Origin: Sandaracinaceae bacterium
GTDB lineage: Bacteria; Myxococcota_A; Polyangia; Polyangiales; Sandaracinaceae
Direction: 5' to 3'
DNA: 43,658 nucleotides
NCBI GenBank assembly: GCA_044220955.1
Contig: JBGAQA010000057.1
Coordinates: forward strand, 1 to 43,658
Positions within the stretch are counted from its first letter, which is position 1. Each line of letters starts with the position of its first letter. Positions 1 to 9,404 of this stretch are shown piece by piece. The translations under genes and the position numbers were made by a program. The notes beneath the pieces are model-generated. The model had not been told where the DNA came from. It worked only from the letters and a program-made list of their open reading frames with translations, and searched no databases.

Positions 1-66
1 TTCTTCTGGCCGCCGGACGCTATCGTGCACCGAGGAGGGTGTCGCCCCACGAATCTGGGACCCTAG

Positions 67-91
67 CCCTCTCCCAGTTCGTGGGAGAGGG
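67..91. repeat. Perfect 10-bp hairpin, REP-like palindrome
   Basis: CCCTCTCCCA-gttcg-TGGGAGAGGG, preceded by CCCTAG; extragenic. Confidence 0.55.
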
Positions 92-245
92 AATCGGGCC
101 GGAACATCCTGCGCTCCCGCGGGGTTGGCCCCCCTCGCAGAGGCCGGTTGCGAGCACCGCGCCCGGCTTCATTTCCCGAGTGGAAACGCCATGAGCGACG
201 ACATCCGCGCCATCAACGACCTCGTCCGGCGCGAGAGCGGAAGGC

Positions 246-659
246 ATGATCGAGCGACACGCCTGGCGGCTGGAACATCAGGACCTCGTGTTCCCGGGCA
301 ACCTCCGGGAGATCATGAACCAGGTGCTCGAGGTCGAGCGCCGCGCGGAGGCGCAGCTCATCGAGGCGCGGCGCGAGGCCGAGGTCACGCGCATCAAGGC
401 AGAGGCCGAGAGCGCCGCCCTGCGCGCGAAGCTCGAGATCCAGCGCGAGCAGATCCGGTCGGCCGCCGAGGCAGAGCGCGACCGACAGCGCCTCCGGCTC
501 GCGTGGGAGCTCGAGGAGGCCAGAGCCATCCGCGAGACGCCCGAGCTACTGAAGCTGCGCGAGATGGCCACGCTCGCCGAGATGGCAAAGGCGGGCGGCA
601 AGTTCGTCGTGGGGATGTCCGGCGCCGCGCTCGCGAAGGCGCTCGCCGACGATCGCTGA
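246..659 (+). pseudogene. C-terminal half of an SPFH/band-7 (slipin-like) protein, 5' part missing
   Basis: DLVFPGNLREIMNQVLEVERRAEAQ and PELLKLREMATLAEMA resemble the SPFH coiled-coil tail; the band-7 core is absent upstream. Confidence 0.6.
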
Positions 660-678
660 TCCCAGATCCGATCGAGCC

Positions 679-698
679 CGCAGCCGAGCCCGGCTGCG
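679..698. terminator. GC-rich hairpin between convergent genes
   Basis: CGCAGCCG-agcc-CGGCTGCG; no U-tract. Confidence 0.35.
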
Positions 699-715
699 AC
701 CGGGGAGCGCTCTCG

Positions 716-2221
716 CTACGGCGCGCTCCCCTCGCACGCCCGCATCCTCCGGTACGCCTCCCACTCCGGTCCGCCGCGCGCCTCGAGAGCGCGCGCGAGC
801 GCGATGGTCTCCGCCGCCTGGATGAGCCGCAGGTGGAGCGCGATCTGAACCTCGAGCGCGTCAGCGGCGATCTGCAGCGCGCTCGCGTCGTCCTCGGCGT
901 CGGCCCAGGCGTAGACGTCGTCCGACTCCAGGAACGCGGCGAGCGCGTCGTGGTTCTCCGCGAGCATCGCCGGATAGTCGGGGTGGTAGGGGTCATCGAG
1001 CACCGGCCAGCGCGAGAGCGCGAGCCCAGCGACGTCGGCGGCGCGGTCCTGGGCCTCCGCGTAGCCCTCGGCGAGCGCGTCCTCGTTCTCGTGCGCTCGG
1101 GCCCGAAGCGCCAGGAGCGACGTGCGCGCGGCCTCGACGCTTCCCAGGTCGAGCGAGGCCAGCAGCGTCTGGACCACGATCCGCAGGTCGCTCTCGCCCG
1201 CGCCCTCGCCCTCGCCCTCGCCCTCGCCCGCGCCCTCGCCCTCGCCCTCGCCCTCGCTCACCGCTCGCAGGTAGCGCTCGCTCGTCGTGATCGGCACGTC
1301 GATCGAGCGCGACGCGACCCGCACCTCGGCCATCGCCTCGCTCAACGTGACCGTCCCGTCGTGGTCGAGGTCGATCCGCTCCCGCGCGTCGTGGCCCGCG
1401 CGATCCCGACCCTCGAGCGCCGAGAAGAAGTAGACGCCGAAGCCCTCGTGCACGCCGCGATCGGGGTCGCTGTCGCACCCGCCCGACTCGCGATCCCACG
1501 AGGTCGAGAAGAGCCCGCAGCGGTCCTGATCGGTCGCCCCCAGCACCTCGTCCGCATCGCGAAACGCGAGCTCGGCGAGCCCGCCGGAGTAGCAGGCAGC
1601 GATGACGAAGCGGACGCGCCGCGCGGTGCCCACGTCCTCGAGCTCCTCGGCGAGCGCCTGCGCATCGAACGCCGCGCCGCCCCAGGTCTGCGCGAGCGAG
1701 TCCCGCGGCCGCTCGCCGCCCTCGCCGTGGCCCGAGAAGTAGAAGAGCAGCGGCGCGTCCGAGTCCGGCAGCGCGATCTCGAGGGCGGCGAAGATCTCGT
1801 CCAGCGTCGCGCCTCCGTGCAGGGCGAGGCGCGTGCGCCGGTAGTGCGCGTCGCGGCCCCCGCGTGGGGCGAAGAGGTTGCCCAGCCCGAACACGACCGG
1901 GTCGCCCTGCGGGTCGGGATCGCGCTCCTGCACGGCGCGAGTGCCCGGTCCCCCGGCGAACAGGACGACCGACTCGCCCATCCCGAGCACGTGGACGGCC
2001 AGCGCCAGATCGTCCTCGAGGGAGACCTGGTTCATGTCGGGCGATGGCCCGCCGCCGGCGAGGATGTTCCGGACGTGGGCGGGCACCGGGGCCGCACGGT
2101 CGCTCGCAGCGGGTGTCGCCCCACCGCGCGGCGGAGCCGCCCGCGGCGCCATGCGACCAGCGACGAAAGCCGCGGCGACGCAGGCGAGGCCGAGCAAGAC
2201 GATGTGACGGCTGCGGTCCAC
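716..2221 (-). CDS. Secreted caspase-fold cysteine peptidase (C13/C14-like)
   Basis: Hydrophobic N-terminus; His and Cys motifs YFSGHG and IAACYSGG; EF-hand-like DLDHDGTVTLSE; (EG)n linker. Confidence 0.7.
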   Translation of the reverse strand: MDRSRHIVLLGLACVAAAFVAGRMAPRAAPPRGGATPAASDRAAPVPAHVRNILAGGGPSPDMNQVSLEDDLALAVHVLGMGESVVLFAGGPGTRAVQERDPDPQGDPVVFGLGNLFAPRGGRDAHYRRTRLALHGGATLDEIFAALEIALPDSDAPLLFYFSGHGEGGERPRDSLAQTWGGAAFDAQALAEELEDVGTARRVRFVIAACYSGGLAELAFRDADEVLGATDQDRCGLFSTSWDRESGGCDSDPDRGVHEGFGVYFFSALEGRDRAGHDARERIDLDHDGTVTLSEAMAEVRVASRSIDVPITTSERYLRAVSEGEGEGEGAGEGEGEGEGAGESDLRIVVQTLLASLDLGSVEAARTSLLALRARAHENEDALAEGYAEAQDRAADVAGLALSRWPVLDDPYHPDYPAMLAENHDALAAFLESDDVYAWADAEDDASALQIAADALEVQIALHLRLIQAAETIALARALEARGGPEWEAYRRMRACEGSAP

Positions 2222-2272
2222 GGAGCACGCGAGCTTCGCACGCGCCGCGGAGGCGAGAGAGGGTCTTCGCGG

Positions 2273-2971
2273 TCAGTTCGGAAGGCAGGCCGGGACGGGG
2301 AGCGAGACGCCGGCGTTGGTGTACGTCACACAGCTCTGCACGCCCATCGAGCCGTAGGTGCAGTCGCTCGTGGTGTTGCAGCGCTCGACGCAGGTGCCGA
2401 ACGAGTCGCCGTCGAGGCTGATGCACAGGCCGGTTCCGCCGCGGCGGTCGCGCGGGCAGTCGGAGTCGCGCGCGCAGCGCGAGACGGTGCAGAGGTCGAT
2501 CGTCCTGCGGTCGTGCACGCCGACGCAGCTGGTGCCGGCCTGGCAGACCATGCCTCCCGCGCAGCCCGAGTACGCCGGGACGGTGCTGGTCCCACCCCCG
2601 CCCGGGAGGCAGATGTTCGCCGAGCCCGTGCCGGAGACGTTCACGCAGGACGTGCCGTACTCGCAGAGCGTCGAGCCAGGCGTGCAGCTCTGGTAGCAGA
2701 AGAAGCGGGAGCCGCTGTCGAACGACACGCAGGTGCCGATCGCGCCGTACGCGTCGGACGGGCAGGCCGCGCCCCCCGAGACGCAGCGGCTCGTGCAGAT
2801 GTGCGTCGCGGCGCCGTTGTGCACGACCTCCACGCAGGTGTCGGTCCCGACGATGCAGTCGCTGTCGTAGATGCACGTCTGGTAGGAGCGGACGGTGGAG
2901 GCGCGGCAGCCACCGCCCAGCAGACCGAGCACGCCGATCAGGGCGGCGTACGACGACGAGCGGATGTTCAT
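2273..2971 (-). CDS. Cys-rich putative lipoprotein
   Basis: Start MNIRSS, signal peptide ending LLGGG-C; many Cys with three C-x(3)-SDC units. Confidence 0.75.
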   Translation of the reverse strand: MNIRSSSYAALIGVLGLLGGGCRASTVRSYQTCIYDSDCIVGTDTCVEVVHNGAATHICTSRCVSGGAACPSDAYGAIGTCVSFDSGSRFFCYQSCTPGSTLCEYGTSCVNVSGTGSANICLPGGGGTSTVPAYSGCAGGMVCQAGTSCVGVHDRRTIDLCTVSRCARDSDCPRDRRGGTGLCISLDGDSFGTCVERCNTTSDCTYGSMGVQSCVTYTNAGVSLPVPACLPN

Positions 2972-3044
2972 GGTCCCGTTCCTCCGAGCACGATGATGGC
3001 ACGCGACCGGCCGGTCGCGCACGAGGGCGCTACGCTGCGAGACG

Positions 3045-3560
3045 ATGTCGTCCCCAGCCGCATTCAAGGGAAACGTGCGCCGCGCGACGGCGGCCGATCT
3101 CCCCATCCTGGGCAAGCTCGCCGCCGAGCTCGTCGGGTTCCACCACGCGATCGATCCCGCGCGGTTCTTCCTTCCGAGCGGCGTCGAGGAGGGATACCGG
3201 CGCTGGCTCGGCCAGGAGATCGGCAGCGACGAGGCCATCGTCCTGGTCGCCGAGCTGGATGGAGAGGTCGTCGGCTACCTCTACGGGCGCCTCGAGAAGC
3301 GAGACTTCAACATGCTGCTCTCGGCCCACGCGGCGCTGCACGACGTGCTGGTGATCGATCGCGCGCGGCGCTCGCACGCCGGCGAGGCCCTCGTCACGGA
3401 CTTCGCCCGGCTGGCAGCCGAACGCGGCGCGCCGCGCATCGTGCTGCACACGGCGGTGTCGAACACGCGCGCCCAGGCGCTGTTCCGCAAGCTGGGGTTC
3501 CGGGAGACGATGCTCGAGATGACGATGGAGACGGGCGCGGCGAAGCCAGCGGCCCGGTGA
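3045..3560 (+). CDS. GNAT family N-acetyltransferase
   Basis: VRRATAADL start, LHDVLVIDRARRSHAGEAL (motif A-like), NTRAQALFRKLGF. Confidence 0.9.
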   Translation: MSSPAAFKGNVRRATAADLPILGKLAAELVGFHHAIDPARFFLPSGVEEGYRRWLGQEIGSDEAIVLVAELDGEVVGYLYGRLEKRDFNMLLSAHAALHDVLVIDRARRSHAGEALVTDFARLAAERGAPRIVLHTAVSNTRAQALFRKLGFRETMLEMTMETGAAKPAAR

Positions 3561-3571
3561 TCGACGCCCTC

Positions 3572-4003
3572 TCAGCCCTTGGTCTTGGCCCGCACGGTGG
3601 TGACCGGGACGTCGGCGCGGCGCACGACCTCCTCGGCGACCGAGCCGACGATGAGGCGCTGCAGACCCGTCTTGCCGTTGGTGCCCATGACGATGTGATC
3701 GATGCCCAGATCGCGCACCGCGCCCACGATGGTGTCGGGCGCGGGCCCGAGGCGGATGTGCTTGTGCACCGGGACGCCGTTCTTCACGCAGCGCGCGATG
3801 CTCGCGTCCACGTCGTTCTCGATGCCGCGCTCGGTCTCCTTCGCGAGATCGTTCGCGGGCGACGCATACGCGGAGAGCTGCCAGGTATGCAGCACGTGGA
3901 GCTCGGCGCCGAGCTGCTTGGCGAGCACGCTCGCGTAGGCGAGCGCCGCCTCGGCAGAGTCGGAGAAGTCGATGGGGCAGAGCACACGGCGCAGGGTGGA
4001 CAT
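3572..4003 (-). CDS. Universal stress protein (UspA family)
   Basis: VLCPIDFSDSAEAAL; IVMGTNGKTGLQRLIVGSVAEEVVRRADVPV. Confidence 0.93.
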   Translation of the reverse strand: MSTLRRVLCPIDFSDSAEAALAYASVLAKQLGAELHVLHTWQLSAYASPANDLAKETERGIENDVDASIARCVKNGVPVHKHIRLGPAPDTIVGAVRDLGIDHIVMGTNGKTGLQRLIVGSVAEEVVRRADVPVTTVRAKTKG

Positions 4004-4013
4004 GGCTTCTCTT

Positions 4014-4682
4014 TCATGCGGGAGGCGGAGGGATCACCACCGAGTCGGTCGGTGTCGCGGGCGGGGGCGGCACCGGCGCCGGACCCGGAGCAGGCACGGC
4101 CGAGGGGGGCGGAGGCGGGGCCGGCGCGAACGGGCTCGGAGCGCCCGGCGGCGGCGGGACGGCGATCTCGGCGAGGACCGGATCGCCCACGGACGGCGCG
4201 ACGGCGACGCTGACCGTCGGCGCGACGGGGGCCGCTGCTCCGGCGATCGTGACGGCCTCCTGCGTGCGCGTCCAGGTGCACCCGTGATCGAGGCACATCA
4301 GCGTGTACGCCGCGCCTCGCGTGCAGCCGAAGAACGCGCGGTGCGTGGGCGCATCGGCGGTCCCGGCGAGCATCCCGGGCGCGCACTGGAGATCCTCCGA
4401 GGCGCGCACCACCGCGGGCACGATGGGCTGGAACGCGCAGCGCCGGCCGGGGCAGACCCAGGCGTACTCGCGCATCTGTCCGCAGCCATCGACCTGGAAC
4501 GCGCGGGGCTCGAGGGCGACCACGCGCAGCGGCGCGCGACACTGCATGTCGCGCTGCGCCTGGCGCTCGAGCCGGACCATCGCGCGGCGATCGGGCGTGC
4601 GGACGCCACCCTGGTAGGCGAGCGAGCCGCACCCGAGGACCAGGGCGAAGGTGAGGAGCGGGAGCGCGCTGCGAGGCACCAC
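4014..4682 (-). CDS. Hypothetical lipoprotein with duplicated Cys module and Pro-rich tail
   Basis: 3' part of ORF 4014..6185 from a GTG; signal ending LVLG-C; two similar (A..D[M/L]QC...GC...Y.[V/M]C) modules. Confidence 0.7.
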   Translation of the reverse strand: MVPRSALPLLTFALVLGCGSLAYQGGVRTPDRRAMVRLERQAQRDMQCRAPLRVVALEPRAFQVDGCGQMREYAWVCPGRRCAFQPIVPAVVRASEDLQCAPGMLAGTADAPTHRAFFGCTRGAAYTLMCLDHGCTWTRTQEAVTIAGAAAPVAPTVSVAVAPSVGDPVLAEIAVPPPPGAPSPFAPAPPPPPSAVPAPGPAPVPPPPATPTDSVVIPPPPA

Positions 4683-4738
4683 GGGCCGACGGTAGCAAGG
4701 AGCGCGTCCGGCGACCACGCATCCCGCGTCCGACCCGG

Positions 4739-5425
4739 TCAGCGGCTGGCGAGGACCAGCGCCACGATGGCGAGGATCACGAGCGCGACCACCCAGACGA
4801 TCGACGAGCGCGGCGCGTCCGCGTGCACGAGCGGCGCCGGGGTGGGCTCGGGGACGCGCACGGCCCCCGCCATCGCGCGCGCGCTGGTGGCCGGCGGCGA
4901 GCCCGGCGCGAGCTGCTCGACGAGGACGAGCAGGCCCGCGAGGTCGGCGGTCTGGCGCACCTCGTTCGTCCGGCGCGCGAGCGTCGCGATCGGGATCTTC
5001 GGCTGTCGGTAGGCGTCGATCGCGACGTCCATCGCGTCGAGCGTCCAGCCCGCCTCGTGCAGGACGGCGAGCCCCTCGGCGAGGGTCCGGGCAGCGAGGG
5101 CCTTCTCGCGCGCGTCGAGCTCCGGCGCGGCCTCGACCAGCGGGCGAGGCTCGATGACGCGCTCCTCGACGACGAATGCGTCGTCCTCCCATGCGCCGGC
5201 GTCGAGCGCGCCGATCAGCGCCGGGCTCGAGACCGTGTAGAGCGCGCGCACCGTGGCGAGCAGCTCGTCGCGCTCCTTCCGCTCGCCAGTCGTGAAGCGA
5301 ACGCGCGTGACGATCACGTCGCGCCCACGCTCGCGATCGGTCGCCTCCCAGCGCTCGCGGTCGCCCTCGAGCTTCTTGCCGAGCGGGTAGCGCTCGAGAG
5401 CGCGCGGGATGCTGATGGTCGCCAT
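4739..5425 (-). CDS. Degenerate Ser/Thr kinase-like membrane protein (pseudokinase)
   Basis: RYPLGKKL..WEATDRERGRDVIV..SPALIGALDAG..LAEGLAVLHEAG follows kinase subdomain order; catalytic motifs missing; C-terminal TM. Confidence 0.6.
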   Translation of the reverse strand: MATISIPRALERYPLGKKLEGDRERWEATDRERGRDVIVTRVRFTTGERKERDELLATVRALYTVSSPALIGALDAGAWEDDAFVVEERVIEPRPLVEAAPELDAREKALAARTLAEGLAVLHEAGWTLDAMDVAIDAYRQPKIPIATLARRTNEVRQTADLAGLLVLVEQLAPGSPPATSARAMAGAVRVPEPTPAPLVHADAPRSSIVWVVALVILAIVALVLASR

Positions 5426-5426
5426 G

Positions 5427-5454
5427 GCTCTCGTTCTCGCTCTCGCTCTCGCTC
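5427..5454. repeat. (GCTCTC)n hexamer tract, about 4 units
   Basis: Read directly; just upstream of the minus-strand ATG at 5425. Confidence 0.8.
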
Positions 5455-5551
5455 CGCCATGAGGTTCCGGAAGCACCTTCTCGCTCCGGGGTCGCGCCTC
5501 GTCGCTTCGCGCCGCCGATGCTGCCGGGCGCGGGCCACGCCCGCGGTTCGC

Positions 5552-7162
<1,611 letters not shown>

Positions 7163-7328
7163 GGGAGGGCTGGCGTATAGCTCAGTCCGGAGGGGGCGCT
7201 CGCGCGCCGCGCCCGGCGGTCGGCGCCGCCGCCAGCCGCCGCCACCTCCGCCGATTCCGCTCGAGATCTTCCGCGGAATCGTCTCCCGAGCGCCGGGACG
7301 GGACTTGCGGGTCGCGCGCGCGAGATCG

Positions 7329-8309
7329 ATGCCCCGTTCGTCCCACGACTCGCTCTTCCGGCGGATCTTCTCCGACCGGGCCATCGCCGCGCAGGCGATC
7401 GCGAGCATCTTGCCCGCCGAGGTCGCCGCGCTCCTCGACCTCTCCGCGCTCGAGCCACGGCCGACGGCACACGTCGACCAGGCACTGCAGGCGTTCCACT
7501 CGGACGTGGTGTTCGGCGCCAAGATCGCCGGCCGTGAGGCCCTCGTGCTCGTCCTCGTCGAGCACCAGGAGCGCCCCGACGAGCGCATGCCCTTTCGCCT
7601 GCTCCAGTACGCCGTGCTCGCGTGGGACGAGTACCTGCGCGATCACCCGAGCGCGAAGCGGCTGCCGCTCATCGTCCCGATCGTGCTGCACCAGGGCCCC
7701 GCCGCGTGGAAGGCGCCGCGAGACATGCTCGCGATGATCGACCTGACGCCGGAGGAGGCGACGGTGTTCGGCCGCTACGTCCCGCGCATGGGGTTCGAGC
7801 TCGACGACCTCGGACGCGCCGACGATGCGTCACTCTTGGCGCGCGGCCTCGGTCCCGAGGCGACCCTCGCGCTCTCGGCGCTGCGCGACGTGCGCGGCGC
7901 CGCCGACGTGCCGGCGCTGCTCGGCCGGTGGGGCGAGCTCCTGCGCCGCGCGAGCACCACGCCCTCGGGCAGCCGGGCGCTCGCCACCGTCCTCCGCTAC
8001 ATTCTCGAGGTTCACAGCGGGCTCGACGTCGACGAGCTCGCGCGCATCGCCGATAGCGTCCTCACGGGTGCAGGAGCCGAAGTCATGACCACCGCGCGCC
8101 AGCTCATCGAGATCGGAAAGGCCGAGGGGAAGGCCGAGGGGCGCCTCGAGGGCCGACGCGCCACGCTGCACCACCAGCTCCGGCTCAAGTTCCGCGGCGC
8201 CGTGACCCCCGAGCTGAGCGCCCGGGTCGACGCCGCCGACGAGCAGGCGCTCGCGCGGCTCGAGGAGCGCATCCTGAGCGCTTCGTCGCTCGCTCACGTC
8301 TTCTCCTGA
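7329..8309 (+). CDS. Rpn family recombination-promoting nuclease / YhgA-like PD-(D/E)XK protein
   Basis: HDSLFRRIF start; SDVVF...VLVEHQERPDERMPFRLLQY; LPLIVPIVLHQG; MTTARQL..GKAEGKAEG C-terminal module. Confidence 0.9.
   Translation: MPRSSHDSLFRRIFSDRAIAAQAIASILPAEVAALLDLSALEPRPTAHVDQALQAFHSDVVFGAKIAGREALVLVLVEHQERPDERMPFRLLQYAVLAWDEYLRDHPSAKRLPLIVPIVLHQGPAAWKAPRDMLAMIDLTPEEATVFGRYVPRMGFELDDLGRADDASLLARGLGPEATLALSALRDVRGAADVPALLGRWGELLRRASTTPSGSRALATVLRYILEVHSGLDVDELARIADSVLTGAGAEVMTTARQLIEIGKAEGKAEGRLEGRRATLHHQLRLKFRGAVTPELSARVDAADEQALARLEERILSASSLAHVFS
8085..8309 (+). CDS. Putative in-frame small protein (RpnS-type intragenic antitoxin), 74 aa
   Basis: AGGAG at 8072-8076, 8 nt before an in-frame ATG that opens the C-terminal module. 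Confidence 0.6.
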   Translation: MTTARQLIEIGKAEGKAEGRLEGRRATLHHQLRLKFRGAVTPELSARVDAADEQALARLEERILSASSLAHVFS

Positions 8310-8546
8310 GATGCGAGCCGCGGGGACGGGAATTCCCGTCGAGATCGGGCGCGGATCGAGCCGCGCCCATCCGTACGTCCTCGGGCGCTGGTCGGGGGCG
8401 TGAGCGGCCGCCCTCGGAGAGCGGAGGTCTCCCGCTGCGCGTCCGCGAGCTACGCTTGCTGCCGTCCGGGACTCCGCGAAGCGCGCACGCCGGCCGGCCG
8501 CGTCGGCGCCTCCACAGACTCTGGTGAACCGCGAATGCGGTAACGC

Positions 8547-9260
8547 TCAGGCGGCCCGACGCGGCTCGGTCGTCGTCGACGTGCCGCCGCGCGGCCGGCG
8601 CGCGCCGACGTGCAGCACACCGCTCGCCACGTCGCGGAGCAGGCGCGGGATGTCCGGGTGGTCCATCGGCTCGGACCGGAGGGTCGCGCGAGACGCCGCT
8701 CCGGAAGAGAGGAACGCCTCACGCGTCGCGGGGGAGGCGGACGCGACGAACGTGAGGACGTGAGCGGGAAAGTCGAGGACGAATCGCGCGACGAGCGCAG
8801 GCGTGAGCGAGGTATCGGCTTCGTCGACGACGACGAGCGTGCGCTCGTCACCGTCGACGGCCATGAGGAGCTCGAAGAGCTGCTCGACCGGGACGACCGC
8901 CTGCGCCCCGAGGATACGCCCCACGTGCGCCGCGGCCGCGCGGTGCCGACCGACGTACACGAGCCGAACACGGGGACCCTGCCAGGCCTCGGCGGGCAGA
9001 GCACCCAGGGCGAGCACGCGCTCTTCGACGTCCGCGATCAACTCGCGTGCGCGCGCCCCCACCCGCAGGAACGCCGCCCGAGCGACATCGCCGCGCACGA
9101 CGTCGAGCAGGGACGGCACGTCTCGGGGCAGCGGCGCGTCGGCCCGGTTGCGGCGAACGTCGGCGACGATGCGCTCGGCCATCCGGCGGGTCAGCGACGT
9201 CGACAGCGCCTCGACGAGCAGCGCCTCGACCGCCGCCCCTGACTGTTCCCCCGTCCCCAT
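8547..9260 (-). CDS. Hypothetical protein, possible degenerate receiver-like C-terminal domain
   Basis: ATG preceded by GGAGG-like sequence; alternating beta/alpha pattern (RLVYVG..TLVVVD..VLTFV). Confidence 0.55.
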   Translation of the reverse strand: MGTGEQSGAAVEALLVEALSTSLTRRMAERIVADVRRNRADAPLPRDVPSLLDVVRGDVARAAFLRVGARARELIADVEERVLALGALPAEAWQGPRVRLVYVGRHRAAAAHVGRILGAQAVVPVEQLFELLMAVDGDERTLVVVDEADTSLTPALVARFVLDFPAHVLTFVASASPATREAFLSSGAASRATLRSEPMDHPDIPRLLRDVASGVLHVGARRPRGGTSTTTEPRRAA

Positions 9261-9404
9261 GGCCCCCGCCTCTCCCGGCCGTCATGCCGACCCTCCCAGT
9301 GGAAGCAGGCCGCGTGCCGGCCGACATCCCGCGGGCTCTCGGGGCGTGCCCCCGATCACGCGAGGGCGCGAGCCGACGCCGTAGGCCCCCGCCCTCGTCC
9401 CCGC

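Noticed and set aside
125..4213. 1362-aa + strand ORF and the many other long Arg/Ala/Pro-rich ORFs (e.g. 4823..7180, 11063..13459, 16791..19223, 22596..25655, 37968..40877)
   Set aside because: Shadow frames of real genes in very GC-rich DNA; no motifs, and they overlap well-supported CDSs.
7171..7200. TGGCGTATAGCTCAGTCCGG resembles a tRNA 5' end and D-arm next to the rpn gene
   Set aside because: No anticodon stem, TTC arm or acceptor complement follows; it lies in the prfC promoter region.
7329..8309. rpn gene as an active IS element
   Set aside because: No terminal inverted repeats or target duplication seen; Rpn/YhgA proteins are not demonstrated transposases.
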